Origin: Trypanosoma brucei
Lineage: Eukaryota
Direction of reading: 5' to 3'
Length of the DNA: 64,000 bases
NCBI GenBank assembly: GCA_000002445.1
Contig: CM000207.1
Coordinates: forward strand, 1,984,001 to 2,048,000
The stretch's first letter is position 1, and every line of letters begins with the position of its first letter. Position numbers and translations under genes: made by a program. The notes under the pieces are model-generated. The model saw only the letters and a list, made by a program, of their open reading frames with translations. It was not told where the DNA came from and did no database searches. Of the stretch, positions 54,012-64,000 are shown one piece after another.

Positions 54012-55538
54012 ACGCCAAGCTGAATGCGTTTCGGCTAAATAATTCCACACACTATGTCCCCCTTAACTGTATGAGTGTTTCCCCGATCGCTTCCTTTATC
54101 CGCTTGCTTGTTTGGAGAAGGTACTTCGTTCGCCCTATTGCCCGTGTATGCAGCAAGGTAAACAACAAAAAAACACATGAAAGAAGTGGAGTGGGCCACT
54201 GGAGATGCAAATGTCTTCGCCATCGAGTACACACTCATGTTGTTGGTTAAAGGCATCCGTCTGCTTTGAGTACGGCCTGTTCTGCGTTAAGTGGGGTGGA
54301 AACATAATAATTTTAAACATGGCGCCATCTCAAGGAGTGGTGAAACTTCTGCCCACGCCGGCAAGATGTGTACAGTACGGTGCGACAGTTGATAACGCGC
54401 AACACAACGCGGAAAGGGAAGGGAAGGGAAAGTAAAGTAAAGGGGGCGGGAGGGGGAAAGAAAAAGGCTAAAACAAATTTGAGGTGGAAGCAGCGGGTAT
54501 AAAAAGTAAAATGATTGGGGAGCGATTGTCTCCTCACAATGCCACTTTCCTCCCTCGAAAAAAAAAAAAACTCGCGCGCAGCTCACAAAAAATGTTTCCT
54601 TCAAATGCGTTTCCCCTTCCCTCACAACTCTACAACTTGTTCCCAACGCGCCACCGGCAGGAAAATATCTCGGAGAGGGGGAAAAAGAAAAGAGGCCGAT
54701 GCGCAAAAAACGACGGCGCGGAGCATCACGTGGTTATCGGCAACCGCTGTGGTGGTCGAGCCGATGTTTGGAGGTCGTAAAAACCAGCGATGATCCGCAG
54801 ACACGAACGTGTGAAGTTTTCGCCCTCTCGTAGGCGAAAGTGGCGATAAACCACAAACTTTTTTTTTGTGTATTGAGAGAGCGGAATTCCGGTTTTACCC
54901 CTTTGAGTTGTTCTTTGGTCGTGAGGGATTGAAGAGGGGGACAAAACAAGATAGCGGAGAGCACCTCATTTCCTCCCTTCATCATGCCGCTAGCCATTCC
55001 TCCTCATCGTCATATACGCCCAACGCGTGGCACTCCCCTTCAATTGTTATGAACAAAAATTCAATAAAAGCAGGCAAGGATACCGAACAAAAACAGAAAA
55101 GAAAAAAAGACAACCAAACGGGAAACTGCCGCCGAGGACTCTAGCCACGTTGACCTGCAAATGCTGCCTCACTTCAGCCGGATGCCATTTCACCCCTCCG
55201 TACCTCAAGGGAAAGAAGATTTGGCCGCTTTTACTTCTTTTTTAAAAAAAAAGAAAAATATCTCTGCCTTCTTCCTCTTTGGCGCCACAAAGGTGAAGGG
55301 ACGTAGCAAGTGATCAAATACAGTTAGATAGATATGGCGGATAGAAACACCGCAGTAGAGTTATACGTATATGCGAGCGTGTATTATAGATGTCACAAAG
55401 GCAATTCCACGTGCCTAGGTCCATACAGCCAATAGTTTGTGGTTTCCCCACGCACGCACCACCTTTTACCACGAAAAAATTAAAAAAAACCCGTACACCG
55501 AGAGTGAAGCAACAGCCACATCATCGTGCCTATCGGGT

Positions 55539-56036
55539 TTAACTTCGAAGCCTTGGTCGCCGAATGTGCAGCTGACGCGCGGGACTGGTGTTTCGGCTAC
55601 CCGCGCTGCTGACACTAGGGGCACATACGCTCGAGGCGCTCGTCGGGAGGTTGATTAGCGATGGTTGAGTCTGCAGACGACCTCCAAACGGCCTGCGTGC
55701 GGAAGGACTCGACATTCTCGTTGTGCGGCTGTCCCGTCCCGGTGTTGCTTCCCTTTGAGTGTCTCCCCCCGTTCCCCTCATTTGAAGGTTAGATGTTGGG
55801 GAGGGGCGTCGCAACGGCGTGGTGGGACACTTTTGGTGTAGAGTATCCACTTTCTTCCCCAGGATAGTCACGACTGCCTGGAGGTTGCGGCAATCTGCCT
55901 CTCTATCTGCTAACTCCTGCGTGACTCTCGCAAGTTTTTCTTCAAATGTGTCCCTCTGGCGGCGCAGCTCGGCTTCAAATATAACCTTCTGCCGAAGAAG
56001 CTCCGCACGGAAAGCATCTAACTCATCAGAACTCAT
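55539..56036 (-). CDS. hypothetical protein with an N-terminal coiled coil and an S/R/P/T-rich tail
   Basis: ATG-initiated 165-codon ORF. It begins MSSDELDAFRAELLRQKVIFEAELRRQRDTFEEKLARV. Confidence 0.65.
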   Translation of the reverse strand: MSSDELDAFRAELLRQKVIFEAELRRQRDTFEEKLARVTQELADREADCRNLQAVVTILGKKVDTLHQKCPTTPLRRPSPTSNLQMRGTGGDTQREATPGRDSRTTRMSSPSARRPFGGRLQTQPSLINLPTSASSVCAPSVSSAGSRNTSPARQLHIRRPRLRS

Positions 56037-56444
56037 ACTGACACAACAGGCAGCGGGGTGCCAAATGTTTAATGAACCTCCAAGGTGATTCCCTTCTATA
56101 AATGTTGCTTTTTTCCCTTTAAATTCTTCTCCCTATCCTCAACGGCTTCCTTAACCTACCCAACTGCATTCAAAGAGGAGGAGATGATGCCAATAAGCAA
56201 TGATAAGAGGTACCAACGATGTGCTGACGTGAAAGGTTGTCTAGTCTTCCACAACTCTTGTTTGGAAACCAATGAACATATATATTAATTACGCGCCTCC
56301 AACAGCCTTAGCTGCACGTGTTGGAAACAAAAACGAAGGTAATCATCCGACGCAGGTAAAAGAGGAAGTAGGGAATATCTTGTGACTCGCCATCGGAAAC
56401 TCGCATTGCCTGCACACGCAAGCGACAACCAACATGTACCACCA

Positions 56445-58517
56445 TCAGTACACGTCCTTCAAGTATCTACCTTCCCGCTCCATCCTCGCCAGGAACTCAA
56501 CTGCTGCCTCTTCGGCGAATCCACCATACTCCAGCAACTTTAATATTGCCTTGTCCACGCTACGCGATACCCGTGATGCATCACCCGAAATGTAAATAAG
56601 ACAACCACCGCCCACGCGACTGGTCAAGAGTTTCAGGAGGTAATCTTGGTGTTTCTCCAAAAGGTGTGTGACATAGTACTTCTCAGGTTGATCCCGGCTG
56701 AATGCAGCATCAACTAGTGTCAACACGGAGTCACAGCGTACACCGGCAGAAGGAAGTTTCCCCTCACCGTGTGGACACCATTGGCGCACCTCACGCTCCA
56801 CAAAATATTCCGATGAGCGGTTTCGATTACCAAAGAAGAGAACCATGGGCCCATGTTCGACCGCAGCTTGCTTCTTCAGCATCGCCTCCCGTCTGTAGCA
56901 GAAACCGATCATTGAAGCAACGCCGGTTCCAGGACCGATCATCACCACCGGGCGCCCGCTACACTTTTGGGGGAGGTGAAACGTTGACTTGCGAACAAAT
57001 GCGGTTACTTTGGCTCCAACGGAAAGGTGGTGAAGAAATAAGGAGTTTACGCCATCCGGAATGATGCGGATGAATGCCTCCACTGTCGTGGGGTGCGTTA
57101 ACATATCCGATGCAATAGAATAGAACCTGGGTTGCATTCGTGGCATCGCTTCCACAAAGTGCCCGACAGGAAGCCTTCCACGCCAACTACAAAACATTTT
57201 CAGGCAATCCAGAACGGTATAATGGCCTCTGCGGTAGGATGGTGTCGATGTTCCAAACTCTGCTACAGCATTGAGAGAATGTCCTCCACGAAGAAAATCA
57301 ATCATTGCTGTTTTTTCCTCAATTTCCGAGCAGTACCTTGCCAGGAGGCGCAACATGGACTTCCGAGGTTTGCCACACAAATCCAGGTACCGCTCGAACA
57401 CCGTTCTCAGTGTTACACGCGCAGGAAGAGTATTTCGCAACGAAGCTCTAGCGCGTGCATTAACGGGCGAGCACAACTCCACTGGCTTTGTCCAGTCCGT
57501 CAAGGGGATGTTCAAAACCTGCCTATAAGCTTCAACTACATCAGGTGGATTAGCGGGGTAAATTCCCAAATGGTCACCCGCCTGATACTTTACAGTGTGA
57601 CCGCCAAAGCCCAATACGAGATGCAGCACATAGGAGCCATCTTCTCGCTCGCTCGTTCGCCTCGTTTTGGCTTCCAACACAAACTGCCCCGGATATTGTC
57701 CAGACGGTTCCAGCAACGACGGTGGTGGAGCAAAAGGCAGTGTATCCGCTGGTTTATCCGGTATGAAGCGGAACAGTAACTGTGGTTGTGGTGGTTTGTC
57801 CGACAACGCCTCCAGTTTCATTCCGCATGTTTCTTCAAGTTTCTTCGTGAGAGTCTCCTCCCACGCGTCGAAAAGATCATCCCTCAGAGGGTCACGTGCG
57901 TCGCCGATACCAATAGGAACCAGTTCCGTTCCTCCACCCTTTTGCAGTAGCCCATCGACATCAACCCCCGCCCGGCAGAAATACTTGTACGAACTCTCCC
58001 CCAAAGCGAACACGGCGTAGAAGACGTCCTTAAACGGCTCAGCACCTTCTTCCAAACCCCTGCGCACCACCGCCTTCATTTGTATGAAGAGGGAGAAAAA
58101 GTTGTCAGGCACCTCCCCTTCACCTGTGGTTGACACAACAAACACCACTACGGGCATCTGGGTGCCTTTACTTGCTGGAAAAAGTGGTTGTTGAGGAGTA
58201 TGTTGAGCAAGATAAGGCCACGCGGAAGGGTCAATGAGTGCGATGTCAGCACCCCGTTCTCGCAGATTGGTCACGAGGGTCTTGGCATACATTTCAGCAT
58301 TTCCAGAAACACTTCCGTAGATCACTAATATCGCTTCGTCCTGATAAGTTTGGCACCCCTTGCTCGCTTGCCCGTTCTGCAGCATATTCGCGTATTTGGC
58401 CGAGAGTGACCGTTCATTGGGCAGACAACCCCTCCGCGTAACCCATACGCGCACCGCAAAGGCCACTAGGCACGTCCCCGCGAGGATACCAGATGCGGTG
58501 CAGAACCGACGAAACAT
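56445..58517 (-). CDS. CPR: NADPH-cytochrome P450 reductase (diflavin reductase)
   Basis: N-terminal TM anchor. The flavodoxin module has IYGSVSGNAEMYAKTL and VSTTGEGEVPDN. The FAD motif is RFYSIAS. The NADPH motif is GPGTGVASMIGF. The C-terminus is GRYLKDVY. Confidence 0.92.
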   Translation of the reverse strand: MFRRFCTASGILAGTCLVAFAVRVWVTRRGCLPNERSLSAKYANMLQNGQASKGCQTYQDEAILVIYGSVSGNAEMYAKTLVTNLRERGADIALIDPSAWPYLAQHTPQQPLFPASKGTQMPVVVFVVSTTGEGEVPDNFFSLFIQMKAVVRRGLEEGAEPFKDVFYAVFALGESSYKYFCRAGVDVDGLLQKGGGTELVPIGIGDARDPLRDDLFDAWEETLTKKLEETCGMKLEALSDKPPQPQLLFRFIPDKPADTLPFAPPPSLLEPSGQYPGQFVLEAKTRRTSEREDGSYVLHLVLGFGGHTVKYQAGDHLGIYPANPPDVVEAYRQVLNIPLTDWTKPVELCSPVNARARASLRNTLPARVTLRTVFERYLDLCGKPRKSMLRLLARYCSEIEEKTAMIDFLRGGHSLNAVAEFGTSTPSYRRGHYTVLDCLKMFCSWRGRLPVGHFVEAMPRMQPRFYSIASDMLTHPTTVEAFIRIIPDGVNSLFLHHLSVGAKVTAFVRKSTFHLPQKCSGRPVVMIGPGTGVASMIGFCYRREAMLKKQAAVEHGPMVLFFGNRNRSSEYFVEREVRQWCPHGEGKLPSAGVRCDSVLTLVDAAFSRDQPEKYYVTHLLEKHQDYLLKLLTSRVGGGCLIYISGDASRVSRSVDKAILKLLEYGGFAEEAAVEFLARMEREGRYLKDVY

Positions 58518-58976
58518 CCTTCATAGAACCTGGAGTCCCTTTTTAGTTATTGTTGTTGTTTTTACAAAAAAAAAAATGGACGTCAAAAGGGTGGATAACA
58601 AATAAAGGGAGCCATTGCTAACACACGGGGCCTCCGAGCGGTAGAACATACGACAGGATAGGGGTGGAAACACAACACACTGATACATGTTTATACGCTA
58701 GGTTTAACCGTTGGAAATTACTTTCTCATTAAGCGCAGACTTGTGTGTGCGTGGAACATGCACACCACCTGCGCTGGTGCCGCGGCTGTTCCTCTCCGCC
58801 ATCAGACCCTCATTCCACCGCAGGAACTCCTTGTTTATGATCTCCCCTCGCTTTGATCCAACCGCCCAATAAAACAACACTTCACAACGTGCACACCGCT
58901 GTTTGCTGTAGGAACGAGTGAAACGGCAGAGGAAATACTAATAAAAACAGAGTTTGAATGGGTGTGTTAGCGACAT

Positions 58977-60266
58977 CTAGTGTCCCTTCTCCGGGTTCCG
59001 CATCTTCCGCTTCACGGGGGCCCGGGGCGCTGGCGACGAGAAACTCTTCTTTCCTTCCACTAATGGCCGCAAATCCTTCGGTATTTTCCTTCGAGGGTTT
59101 GTCACAACTCCCATCCACGGAGGTTGATCATCTACAGGCCCCTGCACCTTTGTCTTTCCTTCTGTACGCATTCGCTTTCCGTTTCCCTCCGCCCCTTGTG
59201 AACGACTATCGGCCACTTCACCCCGAGTCCCAAGCTTGCGCTTCTCTCGTCGAGTTGCCTTTGATGCCGTAACAGCCTTAGATTTCTGTACGTGGACAAT
59301 GCGAATCTCACGATCCATGAACAGCGTACCGCGGAGAGCAATGGCAGCTGCAACGGAACCCTTGCTTTGAAATTCTACATAACCGAAACCTTTACACATG
59401 CCGGACTCTCGATCACGTACAAGGCGAACGCGTTTCACATCTCGTATCCCCTTTTCCACGAAGAAGTTCCAGAGTGCTTCCTCGTTGCTGTCGTAAGCAA
59501 CGTTCCCAACAAACACTGATGTCTCGGGCGCGTACTCGCGGCCTTCGGGGTCCAGTGTTGTCACGACAATGTGGCGACCCTCAACAACAACACCATTTTT
59601 ATCAAGTGCCTCTTTAATGGATGATTTATCCTTGAATAACACGTATGCCACAGCACTGTACTGCTCCCCCTTCTTAACGTCACCACGGAGTACACGAATA
59701 GCGCGACCCACACCCCTCGGCTGAACTGTCGCCTCGCCGCCGTTAAGATCCTTCTCTCCTTCCAGAGCTTGCGCCCGGATACGTACCGACTCGATGGGAC
59801 CACAGGTTTTGAATACTTTCTCCAAAACACGGCGTTTGACATCATTCACAAGATTTCCCACGAAAACGGTGCGGCTGTCTTCCTCCTCATTTTGGTGGAG
59901 GGCGTGACGAAGTTGTTTTTTGCGTCCGTCTGGCTTGCTCTCCCCAACTTCATCGCCACCGGTTGTATTGTCTACAATCACCGTCCGAAATATTTCATCC
60001 TCCGTCGCCGACTCTCCTTTTCCCTTCCATGTGCCATTCTTCCTTGATACACCCTCCTCAATCCGAAGTCGCTGCTTTTCCCTACGTGTTGCTTTTCTCA
60101 CCTCCGGGGCAACAGCAAATATGTCAAATGCCGCTTTTTTCGTCGGTTCAAACACGGTGGAGGTCGCCACAACACTGTTTTTGCTAGTCCCTTTTTTTTT
60201 CAGCTTTTCACTCGGAGAGGTCGATGACGGAGTTGCGGCCCCAAACAGCTCAGCGGTGAGCGACAT
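58977..60266 (-). CDS. nucleolar-type RNA-binding protein with two RRMs (Nop12/RBM34-like)
   Basis: The track start at 60500 is TTG; I chose the ATG at 60266 (MSLTAELFGAA...). RRM1 is RTVFVGNL...; RRM2 is SVFVGNVAYDSNEEALWNFF...KGFGYVEF. The flanks are basic. Confidence 0.85.
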   Translation of the reverse strand: MSLTAELFGAATPSSTSPSEKLKKKGTSKNSVVATSTVFEPTKKAAFDIFAVAPEVRKATRREKQRLRIEEGVSRKNGTWKGKGESATEDEIFRTVIVDNTTGGDEVGESKPDGRKKQLRHALHQNEEEDSRTVFVGNLVNDVKRRVLEKVFKTCGPIESVRIRAQALEGEKDLNGGEATVQPRGVGRAIRVLRGDVKKGEQYSAVAYVLFKDKSSIKEALDKNGVVVEGRHIVVTTLDPEGREYAPETSVFVGNVAYDSNEEALWNFFVEKGIRDVKRVRLVRDRESGMCKGFGYVEFQSKGSVAAAIALRGTLFMDREIRIVHVQKSKAVTASKATRREKRKLGTRGEVADSRSQGAEGNGKRMRTEGKTKVQGPVDDQPPWMGVVTNPRRKIPKDLRPLVEGKKSFSSPAPRAPVKRKMRNPEKGH

Positions 60267-60509
60267 GCGTATGTTTGTAAGCCCTTTGCTTTTTTTTCTT
60301 TGCGCAGTAAGTAAACGAAAGGACAAAGGGGGGAAAAGTAGGGACCGGACCCAACTACTAAGCAAATTAACTGGTGGAACAGGGAGTGGTGGCACACGCT
60401 TAGAAAACAGCGGAGAGTTGTTGGTGTGCACGTAGTACTCACGCGCACAAAAAAAACAATGATAAGGGTAAATAATAACGGGAGGAAAACCTACTTGCAA
60501 GAAACGAAC

Positions 60510-61526
60510 TCACGTACTTCCCCCACGCACTTCACCATCACCGCCGTTATCGTCCTCCACGTCAGAATCAAATCCCTCATCAATAACACACCGCTTCTCA
60601 CGTTGCTCAATCATGCGACGCTTGAACTCCTCATGCGCCTTTTCCCACGACTGGCGGAATGCCTCCGCCCTGGTGGCGTCAGCACCATTACGCTCCGATA
60701 TTTTGGTCGTATCAATTATTGTCTGGTCTGTTATAAAACACCTATCCCACCACAATGTCATTCCAAGTGCCATGGATTCCTTCACCAACTGGACAACCAG
60801 CAGCCGAAGTGGGTACGCGGGTAGAGAGTGCAAAGACCAGCATCCTTCCACGGTGTCCTCGTCAACCTTTACAGGATAACGCAAGACATATCGTCGCCTC
60901 CCTCCATCCCCCTTTACGCTAAAGGAGATAACGCACGAGGAAGTATGATTTGGCTGCTCCTCTTCCTCAAGGGAGAAGTTTTGAATGTCCTTCGCCTTCG
61001 TGTTCATATTGGGTAGTATAAAGCTGACAGAGACGGTGTCTCGCGTTTGCGACCATATGTGTGACTCTCCTTCACGTCCACCATTCCGTATGAGGTTGTT
61101 GTACATCATATGATCTTCGCTTTCTCCATCGCTGTCATCATTGCACCGTGGTGTGTGCTTGTCCCCACACGGTACGCCACCACTTCTCGCAGGAGAATCA
61201 CAATTGTGTGCGGAAGCAGAACTGGCACCAATAATTCCTCCGCCATCAACTGCATTACTGCTACTCGATGTCCAAGCTGGCAACGGTGCCCCGCGGCTGT
61301 CGTTATTATTATTTTTATTATTACTTCCGCTAAGTGGCTCTCTAAAGGGTGACACTGTAGCTTGCGGCGGGGTATTAACCATATGCACACCACTTGAGCT
61401 AATTGTAACGCGGGAGGGATACTCTAACTGCGTCACCCTCGGCTTTCCGGGAGTCGCTGAATCACCGCTACCAGAATCATCGCTATCACATATTTTGTCC
61501 CATTTTGAGTAATCAATCCCGGGCAT
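60510..61526 (-). CDS. CS (p23/HSP20-like) domain protein with a Cdc37-type N-terminal motif
   Basis: The track start at 61580 is TTG; the first ATG is at 61526 (MPGIDYSKWDKICDSDDSGSGD, compare Cdc37 DYSVWDHIEVSDDED). The CS signature is HIWSQTRDTVSVSFILP. Confidence 0.8.
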   Translation of the reverse strand: MPGIDYSKWDKICDSDDSGSGDSATPGKPRVTQLEYPSRVTISSSGVHMVNTPPQATVSPFREPLSGSNNKNNNNDSRGAPLPAWTSSSSNAVDGGGIIGASSASAHNCDSPARSGGVPCGDKHTPRCNDDSDGESEDHMMYNNLIRNGGREGESHIWSQTRDTVSVSFILPNMNTKAKDIQNFSLEEEEQPNHTSSCVISFSVKGDGGRRRYVLRYPVKVDEDTVEGCWSLHSLPAYPLRLLVVQLVKESMALGMTLWWDRCFITDQTIIDTTKISERNGADATRAEAFRQSWEKAHEEFKRRMIEQREKRCVIDEGFDSDVEDDNGGDGEVRGGST

Positions 61527-61950
61527 CCCCCACTTAAACACACTCGTTGTTCCATTCGAAAGATACACGAGAAATGACAATTAAGCGAAACAAAAGATAA
61601 GTAAGGGAGAAGAAACAAATTGTTCAAAATTAATAAGAGTAGAGCACAAAAACACAATGGTTTAAACACGACGCGAGAGTGATCCCTACAGACATGCACT
61701 TTAATAACAGACAAGCATATGTACAGATGGATCCCCATACCGTGACACGGGGCACACGCACGTGGCCCGGTGGATGTTAAGGGGAGGACGAACGAATTAA
61801 AAGGAGACGAGAATTGTGAAAATGAGCTGGTATTGTCCGACTCCTTCACTGAACATCATGTAAAAATGAAGAGATGAGAATCGAGTGCAAAACATTTCAA
61901 CTAATAAGACACACAGCCGCTACCCTTTTTCCTCGACGGGGGGGGCAACT

Positions 61951-63531
61951 TTAGTAGTCAACCTTCACATAAGCCGATCGGCATACCGGACATGTGGGTA
62001 GAAGCGTGTCGCTGTCGCCAGATACGGCTGTCATTTCTGTATAGCGCTCAAAGGTACTGAGACAAGTGTCGTGAAAGCAATGCCCACAACTCAGTAGGAC
62101 ACCATATCGTTGCTGGCCTGTCGGATCTGCGGTCACGCAAGAAGTATTATTAACAGCACTAGGCTCGGTCGTGTGAGCCGTTGGTGACTTTTTGTCTGCT
62201 TTTTGTTTACCTTTGGGTGGTTCCGAGGCAGTCACGCGCCGTGAAGGTTGTTGAGCCCGACAACGTTTTGGTTCGCTCTTCCTCGCAGGTGGCTTCTGCG
62301 GCGGACCACCCTCTTCTCCTCCCCCTCCAAAAACTAAGCGGATGTTCGGATAGCCTTTTGGCAGCTCCATTGAAGCCTTTTCTTTAGCCCTGCGCGCTTC
62401 ATACTCCTTTCGGAAGGATGCTACAATATCCTCTGCAGTTGGCGCAGGCTCGTCTAGGACACGGTTAGGATTCGGGGGAACTCTACCTAGGCAAATGGGG
62501 CAATCAACGCCATCGGGTGACGACTTCTCCGTCCGCTCGCGAAGTGCATCCCACTGGGCTCGAGTCATGCCCTCCAGCTGAAGACGCTGTAGACGCGCTC
62601 CAATGTTGTCTAACAGCCGGGTCTGGCATTTTTCTCGGAGTGTTGCATACATGGCACACACCTCAGACACACGCGCCAGCCTCTTAGTGGCATATTCTCC
62701 GCAGAATTTACTATCGCTTTCCACGCGCATCTTCAGATAAATCTTCCTTGCCAACACGCGGCGGAAGAACGCCTGTATTTTCACTATTGCTGCCCGTTGT
62801 TCCATGGCCTTACCAGCATAAAAAACACGTTTGTGATAATGCGGGTTCCGGCACATAGGACAGCTAAGGGGTGTGGCATCGTACTTTCCACGAAGTTGCC
62901 GTGTAAAGCGCTCGAATTGCCGCAAACAGTTCTCATGGTAGACGTGGTGACAGTTCAACAGCACCTGCCCCTGCTCCATTGTGGCATAGAAGGGCTCTTG
63001 ACAAATGCAGCAAACATTTGAGCCGAGCGGCAACGTTCGCATACGGCGCAAAACCGTACCTTCTATTCGCGACCACTCATCCTCTGAGGGCGGCTGAGGC
63101 GGCAAGGGAACGAGTCCCATCTTCTGTGCGAGGGTTAGGCGTCCTCCTGGAAGCTGCGGTGGCGCCTCCTCTAATGTTGGAAGCGGACAATTAACTTTCG
63201 CACCGCGGGCAAAGTGCTCCTGCAGCGCAACAGCGCTCCACAGATGCACCTGCTCTCTGCGCTTCCCAGTGCGCCTATCACCCCACAATGCACCCATCTT
63301 CGGTCCAATGGAAGGGAGGTCTCCACCTGCCGGCGGCATCGCTACCCGGATGTTGTCGCGAATGGGTTTCTTCCTCTGACTATATCGGCTAACTATACCA
63401 ATGTCGAAACGATATACGCTGGATGAGGAAAGTAAAGATAATTGCGTCCCTACTCCGTTCTGGGAAATACAGGCAACAGACGTGACACGGACAAGAAAGT
63501 GGTAACTTTGACAACAACAATCGGATTGCAT
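61951..63531 (-). CDS. double RING-H2 zinc-finger protein with an IQ motif (putative E3 ligase)
   Basis: RING 1 is CCICQEPF...LNCHHVYHENCL...CPMCR. The IQ motif is AAIVKIQAFFRRVLARKIY. RING 2 is CPICLG...LSCGHCFHDTCL...CPVCR. The frame stays open upstream to 63672 but holds no ATG before 63531, and the track start at 63642 is GTG. Confidence 0.85.
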   Translation of the reverse strand: MQSDCCCQSYHFLVRVTSVACISQNGVGTQLSLLSSSSVYRFDIGIVSRYSQRKKPIRDNIRVAMPPAGGDLPSIGPKMGALWGDRRTGKRREQVHLWSAVALQEHFARGAKVNCPLPTLEEAPPQLPGGRLTLAQKMGLVPLPPQPPSEDEWSRIEGTVLRRMRTLPLGSNVCCICQEPFYATMEQGQVLLNCHHVYHENCLRQFERFTRQLRGKYDATPLSCPMCRNPHYHKRVFYAGKAMEQRAAIVKIQAFFRRVLARKIYLKMRVESDSKFCGEYATKRLARVSEVCAMYATLREKCQTRLLDNIGARLQRLQLEGMTRAQWDALRERTEKSSPDGVDCPICLGRVPPNPNRVLDEPAPTAEDIVASFRKEYEARRAKEKASMELPKGYPNIRLVFGGGGEEGGPPQKPPARKSEPKRCRAQQPSRRVTASEPPKGKQKADKKSPTAHTTEPSAVNNTSCVTADPTGQQRYGVLLSCGHCFHDTCLSTFERYTEMTAVSGDSDTLLPTCPVCRSAYVKVDY

Positions 63532-63869
63532 CTTCTCTAGCTCTGCGATAGTCGGGGGAACATTTTTGATTTCCTCTGGAACATAGAGAGGTTTAGACAG
63601 CAGTGCTTTTTCTCTGTAGGAAAATCGTGAGAGAACGGACACAAACTCCTTCCGCGGTAAACACTTAAGTTACTTCCCAGAGAAATACTTCGTGAAAGTA
63701 GGTGCCGCATAACATGCGCTGGTCTTTGCATACGGTGACTATCCCCGCCTCTCTGCGCGTTGAAAGCGTGCCAGTAGGAGCGGAGGAACCCTACTGAACA
63801 GGAAACCTTGTTGATTATACCGACGCATTGTCGCTTCCCCGCTCTTCTCGCTTGCCTTGCACCTTCTTT

Positions 63870-64000
63870 TTATCCAAACAAAAGTGTGAACACAATCACC
63901 GCTGTGTTAATGAATATCAGTGGCCATCGCATAAGCGTGCGCACGCTGCTCAGTAATGCGGCAATGCTTTCTCTGAAGGGTCGCTGCCGAGGCACTCCCG
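63870..64000 (-). CDS. 3' end of a gene entering from the right edge (C-terminal tail-anchor-like segment)
   Basis: The - strand frame is open from the window edge to TAA (complement of 63870-63872). It reads ...RESIAALLSSVRTLMRWPLIFINTAVIVFTLLFG then stop. Only 42 codons are visible. Confidence 0.4.
   Translation of the reverse strand, partial: GVPRQRPFRESIAALLSSVRTLMRWPLIFINTAVIVFTLLFG

Noticed and set aside
53660-54250. 196-aa + strand ORF overlapping the small - strand membrane-protein gene.
   Set aside because: It is low-complexity His/Pro/Arg/Ser sequence on the wrong strand for the local array. The - strand frame has a real ATG, a TM segment and an acidic tail.
54287-54706. 139-aa - strand ORF in the spacer between the 55.5 kb and 54.0 kb genes. 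Similar junk ORFs occur at 34748-35119 and 35427-35762.
   Set aside because: These are translations of pyrimidine/purine-rich UTR sequence (Phe/Leu/Pro/Ser-rich) with no domain. They overlap polypyrimidine tracts.
1-64000. Prokaryote-style features: CRISPR arrays, operons with RBS, defence islands, integrases.
   Set aside because: No direct-repeat/spacer arrays and no phage or integrase-like ORFs are present. Gene content and spacer structure are eukaryotic and kinetoplastid. The many non-ATG starts in the ORF track are artefacts of the ORF caller.

Overview
This window looks like a nuclear chromosome segment from a kinetoplastid, most like an African trypanosome (Trypanosoma brucei group). 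The species call is inference from gene content and architecture; I cannot run a search to confirm it. The genes are intronless, densely packed and unidirectional, separated by UTR-like spacers with polypyrimidine tracts and (TA)n microsatellites. About 21 supported ORFs on the + strand run from 1 to 45.8 kb. At least 11 ORFs on the - strand run from 48.3 to 64 kb. The two arrays meet at a convergent strand-switch region at about 45.8-48.3 kb.

The supplied ORF track uses GTG/TTG/CTG as starts. I re-set several starts to the first in-frame ATG: 1604, 2342, 19414, 27573, 35947, 54011, 60266, 61526 and 63531.

Confidently recognised products are LEO1 (Paf1 complex), a class-V aminotransferase of selenocysteine-lyase type, an MFS transporter, an alpha/beta hydrolase, an EngB-like GTPase, a syntaxin-16-like Qa-SNARE, a BTB/T1 protein and HSBP1. 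Also recognised are an ankyrin-repeat protein, a TruD/Pus7-family protein, an extended-PHD zinc-finger protein, an FCP1/NIF-like phosphatase, NADPH-cytochrome P450 reductase, a two-RRM Nop12/RBM34-like protein, a CS-domain co-chaperone-like protein and a double RING-H2/IQ protein. One tRNA-Gly(GCC) lies at 52843-52913 on the + strand, opposite to the surrounding - strand genes.

The least ordinary part is 45.8-53.6 kb. It holds the strand switch, an ORF-free complex-sequence block ending in A13/T13, two decayed ORFs, an isolated acidic protein with signal-peptide and GPI-anchor features, and the tRNA.

I found no CRISPR array, rRNA, intact transposon or prokaryote-style gene system. None of the findings amounts to a clearly novel multi-gene system. 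The best single-gene oddity is the Pus7-like protein, whose catalytic Asp position appears to be Ser.
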